DNA of 64,000 nucleotides from a virus (Duplodnaviria; Heunggongvirae; Uroviricota; Caudoviricetes): IMG/VR virus record IMGVR_UViG_3300037067_007156, positions 365,519 to 429,518 of that record; one strand, 5' to 3'. Shown piece by piece: positions 1 to 10,560 of this stretch (position 1 is its first letter; each line of letters starts with the position of its first letter). The notes under the pieces were generated by a model. It saw only the letters and a program-made list of their open reading frames with translations, ran no database searches and was not told where the DNA came from. The position numbers and the translations under genes were made by a program.

Positions 1-264
1 ATATATAAAAAGTGTCCTTCGATTTAAATGTGTTCCATTATTTTCATCTATAAAATATATCCTTATATGAAAACATTAGTTAAAAAAATAAAAAGTTTTA
101 TATTTAAAATTTCGTTGGGTGATTTATTATGTAAAATTGGTTTGCATAAATTCAATTACACTTATACTACTACTCTAAGTGCTTGGAGTACATATAGTGG
201 TTATTGTGAAAGATGTGAAAAATATAAAAGTGGCATAACTTGTTAAATTGTCATTTATGATAAT

Positions 265-747
265 ATGAATATAACTATTAAAAAAGAATTTACTAACATT
301 CATTCCAAGATTGATAAGGAAATGTTTTTCTTGTCGATTTATAGACGATATAAAAATTCAGTCGGAGCTGAAATAGATTTATTTTCTTTTATTGGGATTA
401 ATAATAATATTTTAAATTCTTTATTGGATTTGCCAATAATAGAAGTAAAAGATATGTCATTAGCTACTTTTGAAGAGAAAATAAGTGAATTTCTTATTGA
501 TGTTGACCAATTAAAAATAAAATATGATGTTCAAGCTTTAGATGCTGAAACAGAAATATATTTTAATTTATACAATACTGTTTTAAAATCTATATCATTT
601 TTCTTTATTTTAAAAGTTAATGAAAAATATTATTTTTCGAGATTTATAAAAAAATATTTTAATAATGTTGAAATAATATCCATTCCAATAAAGAATTTTA
701 CTAAATTATATCGAAAAAATGTATTGGACGATATTTTTAAAGATTGA
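265..747 (+). CDS. hypothetical protein with variant C-terminal R-x-x-x-L-x-x-I tag
   Basis: ORF track; ends LYRKNVLDDIFKD, similar to a motif shared by many ORFs in the window. Confidence 0.6.
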   Translation: MNITIKKEFTNIHSKIDKEMFFLSIYRRYKNSVGAEIDLFSFIGINNNILNSLLDLPIIEVKDMSLATFEEKISEFLIDVDQLKIKYDVQALDAETEIYFNLYNTVLKSISFFFILKVNEKYYFSRFIKKYFNNVEIISIPIKNFTKLYRKNVLDDIFKD

Positions 748-1016
748 TTAATCACATAATATTTTATAAAATGATACGAACAGAATTTAATGGAAATTTT
801 GGATTAGATGAAATTAAAAAAATTAGAATAAGAAACATGGGACTTAATACCGTTTATGATGTAAGATTTGTAAATGATAAACGTATAATAATTGCAACCA
901 GATTGCATTGTTTCTTAACTGATGACGGAGAACCAAAAGTTTTAAGTGATTTGAAAGCTGGCGATAAGATATGGATAAATACAAATGAACTAAGCAATTT
1001 TAAAGTACAGAATTGA
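744..1016 (+). CDS. stand-alone Hint/intein-like domain fragment
   Basis: VYDV...IIATRLHCFLTDDG...LSDLKAGDKI resembles intein block B (TxxH) and the following LxxGD motif; no N-terminal Cys block. Confidence 0.5.
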   Translation: MINHIIFYKMIRTEFNGNFGLDEIKKIRIRNMGLNTVYDVRFVNDKRIIIATRLHCFLTDDGEPKVLSDLKAGDKIWINTNELSNFKVQN

Positions 1017-1679
1017 TTATGTCACGTAGTAGATATACAAACGAATTAAGTGCTTCCCATTTTGCTGGTAGAAAAGGAAATCTAAAAATAAAAAGGTTTT
1101 GTGCTAAAAAATCCAGAAAGCTTTCTTTAGAAACGGGGTTTAAAAATATAAAACGAGCATTTAAATCAATATTTTTAGATAAATATCCAATCGATATTAA
1201 TAATTATAAAAAAAAATCACGAAAATGAAAAACGAAAATTTAAAACATTTTATCAATAATGAACTACCTATTGAAGGTCAATGGTGGAATGAATCAAATG
1301 CTGATACATTTCATGAAGCTTCTGAAAAATTATTAGCTAAAGGTATATCAGCTGATGAAATAAAGGAATTATTTCAAAGTTTATATACTGCTGTGTCGAA
1401 TGAATTTGGTAACTAACAATAAACTATGATATTATGGATAATTTGTATGATTTTTTAAATTCTCAAAATGGTGCAACACTTTTTTGGTATGGTGTGTTCA
1501 TTGTAACAGTTTTAAGTATAATCGTAGCTGGTATACAAGGTATTTTTAAAAGTTATTTTAATCGAAACAAACCAGTTAAAAGTAAAGGTAAGAATAAATC
1601 GGTGATAAATGATGATTAATTTCAGAGATTATTTTTCTTTTAAAAACAGGTTATCTTTGATGAAAAAGGTGACTTGTTT

Positions 1680-2330
1680 TTAAGATATTATGGTAATAGT
1701 AATATCTTTATCTCTCAAAATCATTTTTATTTCTTCATTATCCAATAAATCTTTAAATATATCGTCAGCGACTTCGAGGTTCTGAAGTTGCCAATTATTA
1801 CCGGAATTACTGGTAAAATAAATATATGTTTTATCACCTTTTTTTAATTCAACTGTTTTATTTGTCAACCTATCATAAAAATTCTTAATATCATCATGAA
1901 CAGAGTATAATTTTATTTCTTCCCAGACGGCACTATCTCTTTTCTTAGATTGAAAAACAATATATTCTGGTTTGTCCAACGTACTTTTATCTTGTTCATG
2001 TATCATAAAAAATTTAACATCCAAAATATTCTCCAAGAATGTTTCCATATCTTCGGTTTCTTCCAGTGTCGATTTTTTTAATTTTTTAGTTGTCAATTTT
2101 TTATTAAAAGCGGGTGAATTATATAATTTTTCAATTTTCATGTTTCGTGGAAAATTATCAGAATTTAGTTCAAACGTATTATATAAATCTTCTTCCTTGG
2201 CCTGTATGGATTTTAATAAAGATTCAGAATCAGTTACAATAGATTCCAAAATATTTACATCAGCAGTTAATTCTACAAATTCTTCAACAGATTCAGTTAT
2301 AAAATCGTTATAATTATTTAAGTATTTCAT
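1680..2330 (-). CDS. hypothetical protein with N-terminal capsid-targeting-like motif
   Basis: starts MKYLNNYNDFITE; TTAATATATA motif just upstream (2336-2345). Confidence 0.65.
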   Translation of the reverse strand: MKYLNNYNDFITESVEEFVELTADVNILESIVTDSESLLKSIQAKEEDLYNTFELNSDNFPRNMKIEKLYNSPAFNKKLTTKKLKKSTLEETEDMETFLENILDVKFFMIHEQDKSTLDKPEYIVFQSKKRDSAVWEEIKLYSVHDDIKNFYDRLTNKTVELKKGDKTYIYFTSNSGNNWQLQNLEVADDIFKDLLDNEEIKMILRDKDITITIIS

Positions 2331-2388
2331 AATTCTATATATTAAAACAAAAACATTTTTTTATAATATAAAAAGAAAACATTTTAAT

Positions 2389-3057
2389 ATGAAATATTTA
2401 TCAATTGACACAGAATTTACTTCCTTAAATTTAGAGGAAGCCCAATTATTAGAAATCGGAATCATTTTAGAAGATACAGAAAAAAAATTATCTTATGATG
2501 AATGCCCCAAATTTCATGCAATAATCAATTATAAAACTATTACAGGTTCACCTGCATCATTAACTATTAATGCAGGGTTGTTAAAAATTTTAGCTGGTTT
2601 AGAAAGAGCTGAAAATATAACCGAATATCGTAAAGAACACGATATTATGAATGATTATGAAATATCAGGGAAAATATGGGAATTTTTGTTTTTAAATAAT
2701 TACCCATGTTCAAACCCTACCGATTTAATTAATTTACAATACGTGAAAATGGTTGGTGATAAAATGTTACCTGATATAAATCAAAAAAATATACCACAAT
2801 TTAATCTGATATTAGCTGGAAAAAACTTGTTTTCAAAAGATATACCCTTGCTTAAAAAATTACCACAGTGGAATAAATATATGAATATTTCACACAGGGC
2901 AATAGACCCATCTTTATTTTTTATCGACTGGAAAAATGATACTGAAGTCCCATCTTTATCTAAATGTAAAGAGAGAGCAAAAGTTGAAGGTGAAGTTAAA
3001 CATACATCACTTTCGGATGCTTGGGATATTATTTCTTTACTTAGAACCAGATATTAA
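2389..3057 (+). CDS. DEDDh 3'-5' exonuclease (DnaQ/oligoribonuclease-like)
   Basis: ExoI SIDTEFT, LEIG, ExoIII HTSLSDA. Confidence 0.8.
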   Translation: MKYLSIDTEFTSLNLEEAQLLEIGIILEDTEKKLSYDECPKFHAIINYKTITGSPASLTINAGLLKILAGLERAENITEYRKEHDIMNDYEISGKIWEFLFLNNYPCSNPTDLINLQYVKMVGDKMLPDINQKNIPQFNLILAGKNLFSKDIPLLKKLPQWNKYMNISHRAIDPSLFFIDWKNDTEVPSLSKCKERAKVEGEVKHTSLSDAWDIISLLRTRY

Positions 3058-3088
3058 AAATATATAAATATAAAAACATCTAAAAATT

Positions 3089-4267
3089 ATGGGTATACTA
3101 AAGAATTATGATTTGCGTTCTAAAATTAACATTTTCAATGTCTCACAAACCAGTGTTGATAATGAATATACGTTAATAGCTTTGGATTTCAACCGATTAC
3201 CAAATTGTTACAATATTCTTCATGAAATTTATTCAGCAAATTTCTGGAAATATTTAAAAAATACATATAAAATAACGAATGAGAATGTTCATTTAACAAC
3301 AGATTTCACAGTCGATTTGAAAAATAGAGAGCAAAAAACACATCGATATCTTATTTATTTAGAATCAGAAGGTGTTTATTTATCTTTTTTTGATGAAGAA
3401 AAAAATTTAGATGACAATGATTATTTAGAATTAGTGGAAGAATCGGAGAGGTCTAATAAAATAAATTCTTTAAAAATTTATTATACAGATAAAAACATTG
3501 ATTTTGTAACAGAAACGTTAGTACCAGAAATCAAAAAATTAATTCACTTTCCGAGTATTAAAAATCAATTTTTTATTATATCCATAAATAGTATGGGTGG
3601 ATATGAATTGAGGGGTTCTTATATTAGAAAAATAGATGTTGATTTAGATTTAAATTATGGTGAGGGGTTTTCTAAAAAGCATAGTAAAATAGTTGAAGAT
3701 ATGAGAAAATCTTCTAAAGGTCTTTATTTATTTCATGGTGATTCGGGCGTTGGGAAAACAACATATATACGTAAACTAATATCAGAACTGAGTGAAGATA
3801 AAACATTTATTTATATACCATCTTATCTAATGTATGAATTAGCTAATCCAGATTTAATTTCGTTTATATCTCAATTTAAAGATTCGATATTAATTTTGGA
3901 AGATGCTGAAAATGTTCTTACAAGTAGTCAGCAAGATAGAACTCAGGCCGTATCTAATATTCTTAATATGAGTGATGGTTTGCTTAATGATGCCATAGAT
4001 ATTCAAATAATAGCAACCTTTAATGTTGCTAAAAAAATTATCGATGAAGCATTAACAAGAAAAGGTCGATTAAGGGTTAATCATATGTTTAGAAAATTAA
4101 AACCGAAAGAAGCAACCTTGATAGCAGAAAAAAATAATATAAAAAGAACATTCGATAAAGATGTATCACTGGCTGAAATATTTAATTCAGAATCTACGGA
4201 TTTAGTAGAAGCTAATGATTTAAATAAAGGAAACGTTGAACCAATCGGATTTGGAAGAAAAAATTAA
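3089..4267 (+). CDS. AAA+ ATPase
   Basis: Walker A GDSGVGKT, Walker B ILILED, LNMSDG, ATFN, DEALTRKGR second region of homology. Confidence 0.85.
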   Translation: MGILKNYDLRSKINIFNVSQTSVDNEYTLIALDFNRLPNCYNILHEIYSANFWKYLKNTYKITNENVHLTTDFTVDLKNREQKTHRYLIYLESEGVYLSFFDEEKNLDDNDYLELVEESERSNKINSLKIYYTDKNIDFVTETLVPEIKKLIHFPSIKNQFFIISINSMGGYELRGSYIRKIDVDLDLNYGEGFSKKHSKIVEDMRKSSKGLYLFHGDSGVGKTTYIRKLISELSEDKTFIYIPSYLMYELANPDLISFISQFKDSILILEDAENVLTSSQQDRTQAVSNILNMSDGLLNDAIDIQIIATFNVAKKIIDEALTRKGRLRVNHMFRKLKPKEATLIAEKNNIKRTFDKDVSLAEIFNSESTDLVEANDLNKGNVEPIGFGRKN

Positions 4268-5127
4268 TGGACAATAAAAAACATATAATAGATGTTATAT
4301 TATCGGTTTTTGAGCATTTAGATGATGATTTAAAAATAAATAATGATACATGGGATAATATTCGTAAAGAATTGTTAGCTCATGTATCTGTATCATCATT
4401 CCAAATTTCTGAATATAAAGAATCCAGAAAAACAAAATATTTTGATTTCATTTACGAGAAGTTCTTACACACTATAAAAAATATGGAAGTGATAAATGAT
4501 AAAAAAAATATTATTCATTTAAATAAAGTATATGAAAACAGAATTGTAGATTCTAATAAGATGGATATCGATTTATTATATCCAAATATATTAAATTCTT
4601 TTTGGTTAAATGATAAGATAGTTTTTGATAATGAGTGTTTTGGAATTATAATACACAATATAATAGAACATATTGATTATTTACATAAATCAAAAAATTT
4701 TAAATTAATTAAAGATTTTGTAAACTATATGTTTGTTCTTTATTATAATAAGAAAATTAATATATATCAATGTGACTTTGATGGTTTGAATGTATTAAAT
4801 CTTTATAATCAATATATTTATAAAGCTTTAATAGAATATTTTGGGGATTTTTTGATTTTTTATAAAACTGACTGCCTAATATTCGCAAATGTTAAAAAGA
4901 GAGAATTTGAACCAATTAGTATTGAAAAATATTTTGAGACTAATATAGGTAGTTTCTTTAAATTTAATATAAATAAAAATATAGATGTTTTGTTTGTGGA
5001 TGAAAACAGATATATAACAATAGATAATGGAAGTGTTTCTTATAATGGTTTCAGACGATTAAATATTTCTGATGAAAGAGGTATTAGAAATCTAACAAGA
5101 ATGGCAAAAATTAAAAATATATTATAA
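4267..5127 (+). CDS. degenerate family-B DNA polymerase palm-like protein with C-terminal tag
   Basis: MDIDLLYPNI (motif A-like), FYKTDCLIF (motif C-like); ends RMAKIKNIL. Confidence 0.45.
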   Translation: MDNKKHIIDVILSVFEHLDDDLKINNDTWDNIRKELLAHVSVSSFQISEYKESRKTKYFDFIYEKFLHTIKNMEVINDKKNIIHLNKVYENRIVDSNKMDIDLLYPNILNSFWLNDKIVFDNECFGIIIHNIIEHIDYLHKSKNFKLIKDFVNYMFVLYYNKKINIYQCDFDGLNVLNLYNQYIYKALIEYFGDFLIFYKTDCLIFANVKKREFEPISIEKYFETNIGSFFKFNINKNIDVLFVDENRYITIDNGSVSYNGFRRLNISDERGIRNLTRMAKIKNIL

Positions 5128-5143
5128 AAAATAAAAATATAAA

Positions 5144-6265
5144 ATGTCAGCAAAAAGAGGATTTTTATCACATGATGAATTTTTAAAACTTGAAAAAAAT
5201 ACATTACGACAAAGTTATGGTGAAAGATTTGGAGCTGCTCAAAAACTACTATATTACTTTTCATGGTTTGGGAATAGTATATCAGTGTTCTTAGCTTACT
5301 TTTTTGTACGGGAATTATTCATGGGCATCGTTACTGCTGGTACAGGAATGTTGTTAATGAGTTTTTTAGTTGTTGTGTTTTTATCATTTTTTGAATTATT
5401 AAAAAGGTACATATTCAGACAATTTTCAATTGATATAATACAGTCGAGAAATGATGATGAAAAACGAACAAGTCCATTACTAATAGTTGGTGTGTTAGCA
5501 GTGATTGTTATTTCTTTTTATTTATCTTTAAATGGTGCACAAAAATTTATAAATAAAGAAAAGTCAGTGGTAACACAGACAGAATTAGTTGTCACTAATA
5601 AGGCTGATTCTATTAATACTTATTATATGACTACTTATATTAATGTACTTCAAGAAGAAAATAAAAAATTAACAGACCAGAATAATGAGTACACGGAAAT
5701 ATCTAAAACAAAATATGCCCGTATGTATGTTGACCTTATCAAACAAAACAACCAAAAAATTGATAAGAACTTAGAAAATATAAGATATTATGAAGACCAA
5801 AGGGACGCTAAAATAACAAGTGTAACACGAGATGAACAAACAAAACTGGACTCATTTAAATCTGATAATAAATATAATGTTTTGGTTTTTGTTTTGATTT
5901 CGTTTATAATAGAATCTATTATCCTTATTGGAATATATTTTACACAATTTTTTAATTATAAAATATTGGCAGAATATCGAACAGAAATTATGGACACACC
6001 AACATTTAAAAAATGGATGATGTATGATAAAATGTTGGATATATTTTTTGAAGGTATGGATATTAATGATGAATTACCAACAGCAGCAGCTATATTGGAA
6101 ATTGCAAAATTAAGCGACTTAAAATCTTCAAGTTATGATTTAGAACGCTTCTTTAAAATGGCTACTTATCTAAAAATTATTGAACGTAGGGGTAATAAAA
6201 GATTATTAGCAATGAACCTTGACGCAGCTAAAAAAATGTTGAGAGCATACTACAAAATAAAATAA
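5144..6265 (+). CDS. membrane protein with coiled-coil region
   Basis: about four hydrophobic segments flanking a heptad-rich region. Confidence 0.6.
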   Translation: MSAKRGFLSHDEFLKLEKNTLRQSYGERFGAAQKLLYYFSWFGNSISVFLAYFFVRELFMGIVTAGTGMLLMSFLVVVFLSFFELLKRYIFRQFSIDIIQSRNDDEKRTSPLLIVGVLAVIVISFYLSLNGAQKFINKEKSVVTQTELVVTNKADSINTYYMTTYINVLQEENKKLTDQNNEYTEISKTKYARMYVDLIKQNNQKIDKNLENIRYYEDQRDAKITSVTRDEQTKLDSFKSDNKYNVLVFVLISFIIESIILIGIYFTQFFNYKILAEYRTEIMDTPTFKKWMMYDKMLDIFFEGMDINDELPTAAAILEIAKLSDLKSSSYDLERFFKMATYLKIIERRGNKRLLAMNLDAAKKMLRAYYKIK

Positions 6266-6274
6266 AAATGAAAA

Positions 6275-6841
6275 ATGAAAACAAGTGAATTCAAAAGTGT
6301 GGTGAGTAGATGGAGTCCTATAATTAAAGAGATAGATAATGACCCAGAAATAGATATCGAGAAATTAACAAAAGAAGAAAAAATATGTTTGTATGCACAT
6401 AATATTTCTAAATTAGAAAAAAATTATTCATCTACAAATAATAATTTACATATTTTATATCCAATACGAATTGAAAATACAGATAAACAGTTAATAAATA
6501 ATTCTACACTTCCAATATCTTTGAAAATTCTTAAAAAGATAAATGATTTTAAAAATATAATAATTGTTGATTCACCAGTTACAAAATATGGTGATAAAAA
6601 TGTGCGTGTAGATGATATTGAACATTCAAAAGATATTTCAGATTTATTAATAGAAGATGTGTTATCAGTAGATGATTTAAATAAAATTGAAGATATTATA
6701 ATTACAATTATGGATGAATATTTTGAAAAATTACTTTCTGAAAATGTAGATAAAAAAATATTCCTTTATATTGTAGTCCAATCAATTCGAATTTCGAATA
6801 ATAAACAATTACTTTGGCGAACCCGATTAACAGTAATTTAA
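6275..6841 (+). CDS. hypothetical protein, N-terminus reminiscent of gp23-type capsid protein
   Basis: RWSPII...LYAHN...E...LPISLKI resembles KWxPIL...LP of T4-like capsid N-termini (by eye only). Confidence 0.35.
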   Translation: MKTSEFKSVVSRWSPIIKEIDNDPEIDIEKLTKEEKICLYAHNISKLEKNYSSTNNNLHILYPIRIENTDKQLINNSTLPISLKILKKINDFKNIIIVDSPVTKYGDKNVRVDDIEHSKDISDLLIEDVLSVDDLNKIEDIIITIMDEYFEKLLSENVDKKIFLYIVVQSIRISNNKQLLWRTRLTVI

Positions 6842-6859
6842 TATATTTTTCAAATATTA

Positions 6860-6886
6860 AAAAGAGGCCGAATGCCTCTTTTTTTG
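6860..6886 (+). terminator. intrinsic terminator
   Basis: AAAAAGAGGC-CGAAT-GCCTCTTTTTTT. Confidence 0.75.
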
Positions 6887-6922
6887 TTTTATTAAAAATT
6901 ATATATAAAATAAAAATATTAT

Positions 6923-7033
6923 ATGAAAGGAACTATTGTTTGTTCGGTTTGTGGTGAAGTGTTATACATACCAGATAGTTCGGATTGTATAGTATGTCCA
7001 AAATGTAATAATGTTATTAATAATCCTAAATAA
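6923..7033 (+). CDS. 36-aa zinc-ribbon microprotein
   Basis: MKGTIVCSVCGEVLYIPDSSDCIVCPKCNNVINNPK (two CxxC); TATATA motif upstream; below the ORF-track cutoff. Confidence 0.55.
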   Translation: MKGTIVCSVCGEVLYIPDSSDCIVCPKCNNVINNPK

Positions 7034-7050
7034 AAAATAATAATATATGA

Positions 7051-7761
7051 ATGATATTATCTAAAAATGTTAATATAAAAAATAATGGAAAAATGGTTAA
7101 ATATTATAATGATAAAGGTTATAATATTATATGTAATAAATTTAATATAATAAAAATTGAAGATTTATCTCAATCGTCACACGCCTTAATAGAAGTTAAA
7201 TGTGATATGTGTGGAAAAATAAAACATATGCCATATAGAGAATATGTTGAATGTTTAAAAAGTTATAATATATATTATTGTAAACCATGCTCTCATGTTA
7301 AAGAACAAAATACTTGTTTAGAAAGATATGGTGTTAAATTCCCTCTGAAAGACAATGTAGATATTAGACAGAAAAGTGAAAACACAATGATAGAAAGATA
7401 TGGAGTTAAAAATATTTTTGAATTAAAAAGTACACAAGACAAAATAAAGCAAACAAATTTAGAAAAATATGGGTTTGAATATGCAGCATTTAATATTCAA
7501 ATTCAGGAAAAAACGAAACAAACCTGTTTAAAAAAATATGGAGTTGATAATATACTTAAATGTAAAAATGTTCAAGAAAAAATAAAAAACACTTTAATAT
7601 CAAAAGGACTAATAATTTCAACTACTGAATTTGATTTTTATAAAAATAATGTAAGACGAATAACAAAAATGAATGTAGAAGAACTTTTTAATATTTGGAA
7701 TGGTTTAGATTATTATGATAATGAATATATAAAAGAAAATTTCGCTTTAAATAGTTTTTAG
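7051..7761 (+). CDS. zinc-ribbon/KYGV-repeat homing-endonuclease-like protein, ending at the TnpB element left end
   Basis: CDMC and CKPC, four T[C/N/M][L/I][E/K][R/K]YG repeats; stop coincides with the IS left end. Confidence 0.6.
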   Translation: MILSKNVNIKNNGKMVKYYNDKGYNIICNKFNIIKIEDLSQSSHALIEVKCDMCGKIKHMPYREYVECLKSYNIYYCKPCSHVKEQNTCLERYGVKFPLKDNVDIRQKSENTMIERYGVKNIFELKSTQDKIKQTNLEKYGFEYAAFNIQIQEKTKQTCLKKYGVDNILKCKNVQEKIKNTLISKGLIISTTEFDFYKNNVRRITKMNVEELFNIWNGLDYYDNEYIKENFALNSF

Positions 7762-9164
7762 AAGAAATTCACGAAATCTTCAGTTTCGTAGATGAATTCT
7801 GACCGAATAAATTTTCATACAAATATACATAAAAAAACAAACTTTTTTCAAAAATAATTATATAATTAAAAATGTTAAAAACATATAAATATAGGTTATA
7901 TCCAAATGAAACACAAAAAGTTTTGATTGAAAAACATTTTGGTTGTTCAAGGTGGGTATATAACTACGCTTTAGATAAAAAGAATAAAACATATCAAGAA
8001 ACTGGTGAATCACTATCCAGATTTGATATACAAAAGGATTTACCTGTTTTAAAAAAGCAAGAAGAAACATCTTGGTTAAAAGAAGTAAACTCATTGTCGT
8101 TACAATATACTTTATTAAATTTAGAAAATGCTTTCATTAAATATTTTGATGAAAAAAAGAATGGTGTGATTGAAAAGAAAAAGAAACAATATATTTTTAG
8201 TAGAAAATCAAAAGGTTTAGAAATTAATTTAGAGAAATTAAATTCAATTGGGAAACCGAATTTTAAATCAAAGAAAAACCTGAAAAAATCATTTGGCATA
8301 CCTCAAAACACCATTGTTAATTTTGAAAATAATAAAGTTTATATACCTAAATTCAAAGGTGGAATTAAAATTAAAATAGATAGAAAGTTTTATGGATTTA
8401 TTAAATCTTCTACTATATCAAAAACATCAACAGAAAAATATTATATTTCTATATTAGTAAATACAACAGATATTAAACCAGAAAAGATATCAATAAGTGA
8501 AAAACAAGCTATTGGGATTGATTTAGGTATAAAATCATTTTTAGTTACATCAGATGGATTAGTGATAGATAATCCTAAATATTTAAGAAAATCATTAAGA
8601 ACATTAAAAATAAGACAAAAGAAATTATCTAAAAAAGTAAAAGATTCAAATAACAGAAATAAATATGTAAGAGTGATTTCTTCAACACATGAAAAAATTA
8701 CAAACAAAAGAAATTGTTTTTTACATAGAACATCTAAATTTTTGATAGATAATTACGACACTTTTTGTTTAGAAACACTGAATGTTTCAGGAATGATAAA
8801 GAATCATAATTTGGCACAATCGATATCTGATGTTAGTTGGTCTGAATTCAACAGGATGTTAGAGTACAAAGCAGAGTGGTATGGGAAAAATATACTTAGG
8901 TGTGGTCAATTCGAACCCTCAAGTAAAATGTGTTCTTGTGGTTATATTAATTCAGATTTGAAATTATCTGATAGGGTATGGGTTTGTTCTGAATGTGGAA
9001 CTAAACATGATAGAGATTTTAATGCTGCTAATAATATTAAAAAGTTTTGTTTTGTAAATAAAAATACCTCTGGAACAGAGGAAATTCACGCTTGTGGAGA
9101 TATGACCGAGGTTACGAAGTCAGCCCAAGAAACTACTAAATCTTTTTAGTTTAGTGGTAGTTCA
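7759..9164 (+). mobile_element. IS200/IS605-family tnpB-only element
   Basis: left hairpin ACGAAA-tcttcag-TTTCGT (7771-7789); right hairpin ACTACTAAA...TTTAGTGGT followed by TTCA (9161-9164); no tnpA; left boundary approximate. Confidence 0.75.
7872..9149 (+). CDS. tnpB: TnpB RNA-guided nuclease
   Basis: YKYRLYP..Q HTH, RuvC GIDLG / CLETL / DRDFNAA, zinc finger CSCG..CSEC. Confidence 0.95.
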   Translation: MLKTYKYRLYPNETQKVLIEKHFGCSRWVYNYALDKKNKTYQETGESLSRFDIQKDLPVLKKQEETSWLKEVNSLSLQYTLLNLENAFIKYFDEKKNGVIEKKKKQYIFSRKSKGLEINLEKLNSIGKPNFKSKKNLKKSFGIPQNTIVNFENNKVYIPKFKGGIKIKIDRKFYGFIKSSTISKTSTEKYYISILVNTTDIKPEKISISEKQAIGIDLGIKSFLVTSDGLVIDNPKYLRKSLRTLKIRQKKLSKKVKDSNNRNKYVRVISSTHEKITNKRNCFLHRTSKFLIDNYDTFCLETLNVSGMIKNHNLAQSISDVSWSEFNRMLEYKAEWYGKNILRCGQFEPSSKMCSCGYINSDLKLSDRVWVCSECGTKHDRDFNAANNIKKFCFVNKNTSGTEEIHACGDMTEVTKSAQETTKSF

Positions 9165-9600
9165 TATGATAAAGAAATAGCTAAAAATATCGCAGTCCTC
9201 ACCAGAGATATAAAACTAAAAGAAATATTAGAATAATTACCAACTTACGAAGCTTTAAAAAATTATCATAATTTCAATTAAAAAAACCAGCCTCTTTCGA
9301 GAACTGGTTTCATAAACTAAAAATATACAATATGTGATGTTCTTAAAACATCGAGATATCAAATATAATATAATTTTTTAAATACCTCGTTATATTTTAG
9401 ACATTTTTATTCTTCATCTTCAATAAAGGGTTTTCTATGTTTATCTTTTCTTTTATAATCTTTTGGGGTTGTATGTGCTTTATGCACACTATTCCAACCC
9501 GTAGAATCTTCAAGCTCTGCTTCTCTCGAACCACGCCTATTAGCTTTTATATAATTTTCAAAGCTAAATGTTTTTTTATTTTTAGATATTTTAGACATTT

Positions 9601-10560
9601 TTAACCCACATCATTTATAAACAAATTAGGATGTTTCTCATACATATACCAAAGTATATCATTATCCATAACATTAGCCGAATTATTATATAATAATTTA
9701 TAATATTTATGTAATTCTATGATTTCACATGGCGTATAATTATGTTTAAAGAAAATGTTTTGCCAAGGAAAGCCCGTCATAGGTTTATAATTATATACAT
9801 CAGATATTTTAACCTTTTTACCAGCTAATAATTTCATTAAATAATTAGAATCGTGTAAACCAATTAATAAACATTTTTTGCATAACCATTTAAAAGGGTT
9901 ATTTCTTGTTGTGTATAATTGCCAAGCAAATAAATGTCTTGCAAACATTGGATAATGAGCATATAAAACGAATTTTTGTCTTTTATTCTCTTCCACATTT
10001 ATATCACCGACTTTTTCTTCAGGTGAAATTTGTTTTAAACCACCAATTTTGTATAAAAATTTATCATACAAAACAGCCCAAGGTATTACAAATAACATAT
10101 CAATAAAACAAAACATGATTGACCAGAATAAACTACCTTTTAAAGCTTGCATCCACATCCATATATCAGGTGTGAGACGAAACTTTTTTGATATTTTCCA
10201 TCTCAAACCATTTATGATTCGTTTCATATCATCAATATCACCATTAATCTTTAATCCACATAGTGCGCTTGTTATTTGGTCTCTGCTTACAGTATCTTCC
10301 ACATGATTTGGATATCTGTGAGCTTGTATATATTTTTTACCTTTAACATCAGTATCTTCCGTGAAACAAGAAAGTATACCTTCTTTAAAACACTTATCAC
10401 CATATGCGATATATGCACAACCTGTTCTCCATAATGCATCTCCTTTTCCACAATCACCAATTTTATCCCATATATAATTATGTCCAAGCATCATATTTTC
10501 TTGGATGAAATTATAATTTTTGGAATTATATTGTTTTTGAAGTGGAGTTTTATGATTCAT
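9601..10560 (-). CDS. hypothetical phage protein
   Basis: 319-aa ORF; TTAATATATA motif upstream. Confidence 0.6.
   Translation of the reverse strand: MNHKTPLQKQYNSKNYNFIQENMMLGHNYIWDKIGDCGKGDALWRTGCAYIAYGDKCFKEGILSCFTEDTDVKGKKYIQAHRYPNHVEDTVSRDQITSALCGLKINGDIDDMKRIINGLRWKISKKFRLTPDIWMWMQALKGSLFWSIMFCFIDMLFVIPWAVLYDKFLYKIGGLKQISPEEKVGDINVEENKRQKFVLYAHYPMFARHLFAWQLYTTRNNPFKWLCKKCLLIGLHDSNYLMKLLAGKKVKISDVYNYKPMTGFPWQNIFFKHNYTPCEIIELHKYYKLLYNNSANVMDNDILWYMYEKHPNLFINDVG

Noticed and set aside
1972-2313. Many antisense ORFs rich in S/F/L/I (e.g. 1972, 7994, 8441, 32782, 47182, 55834)
   Set aside because: Typical reverse-frame shadows of AT-rich coding genes
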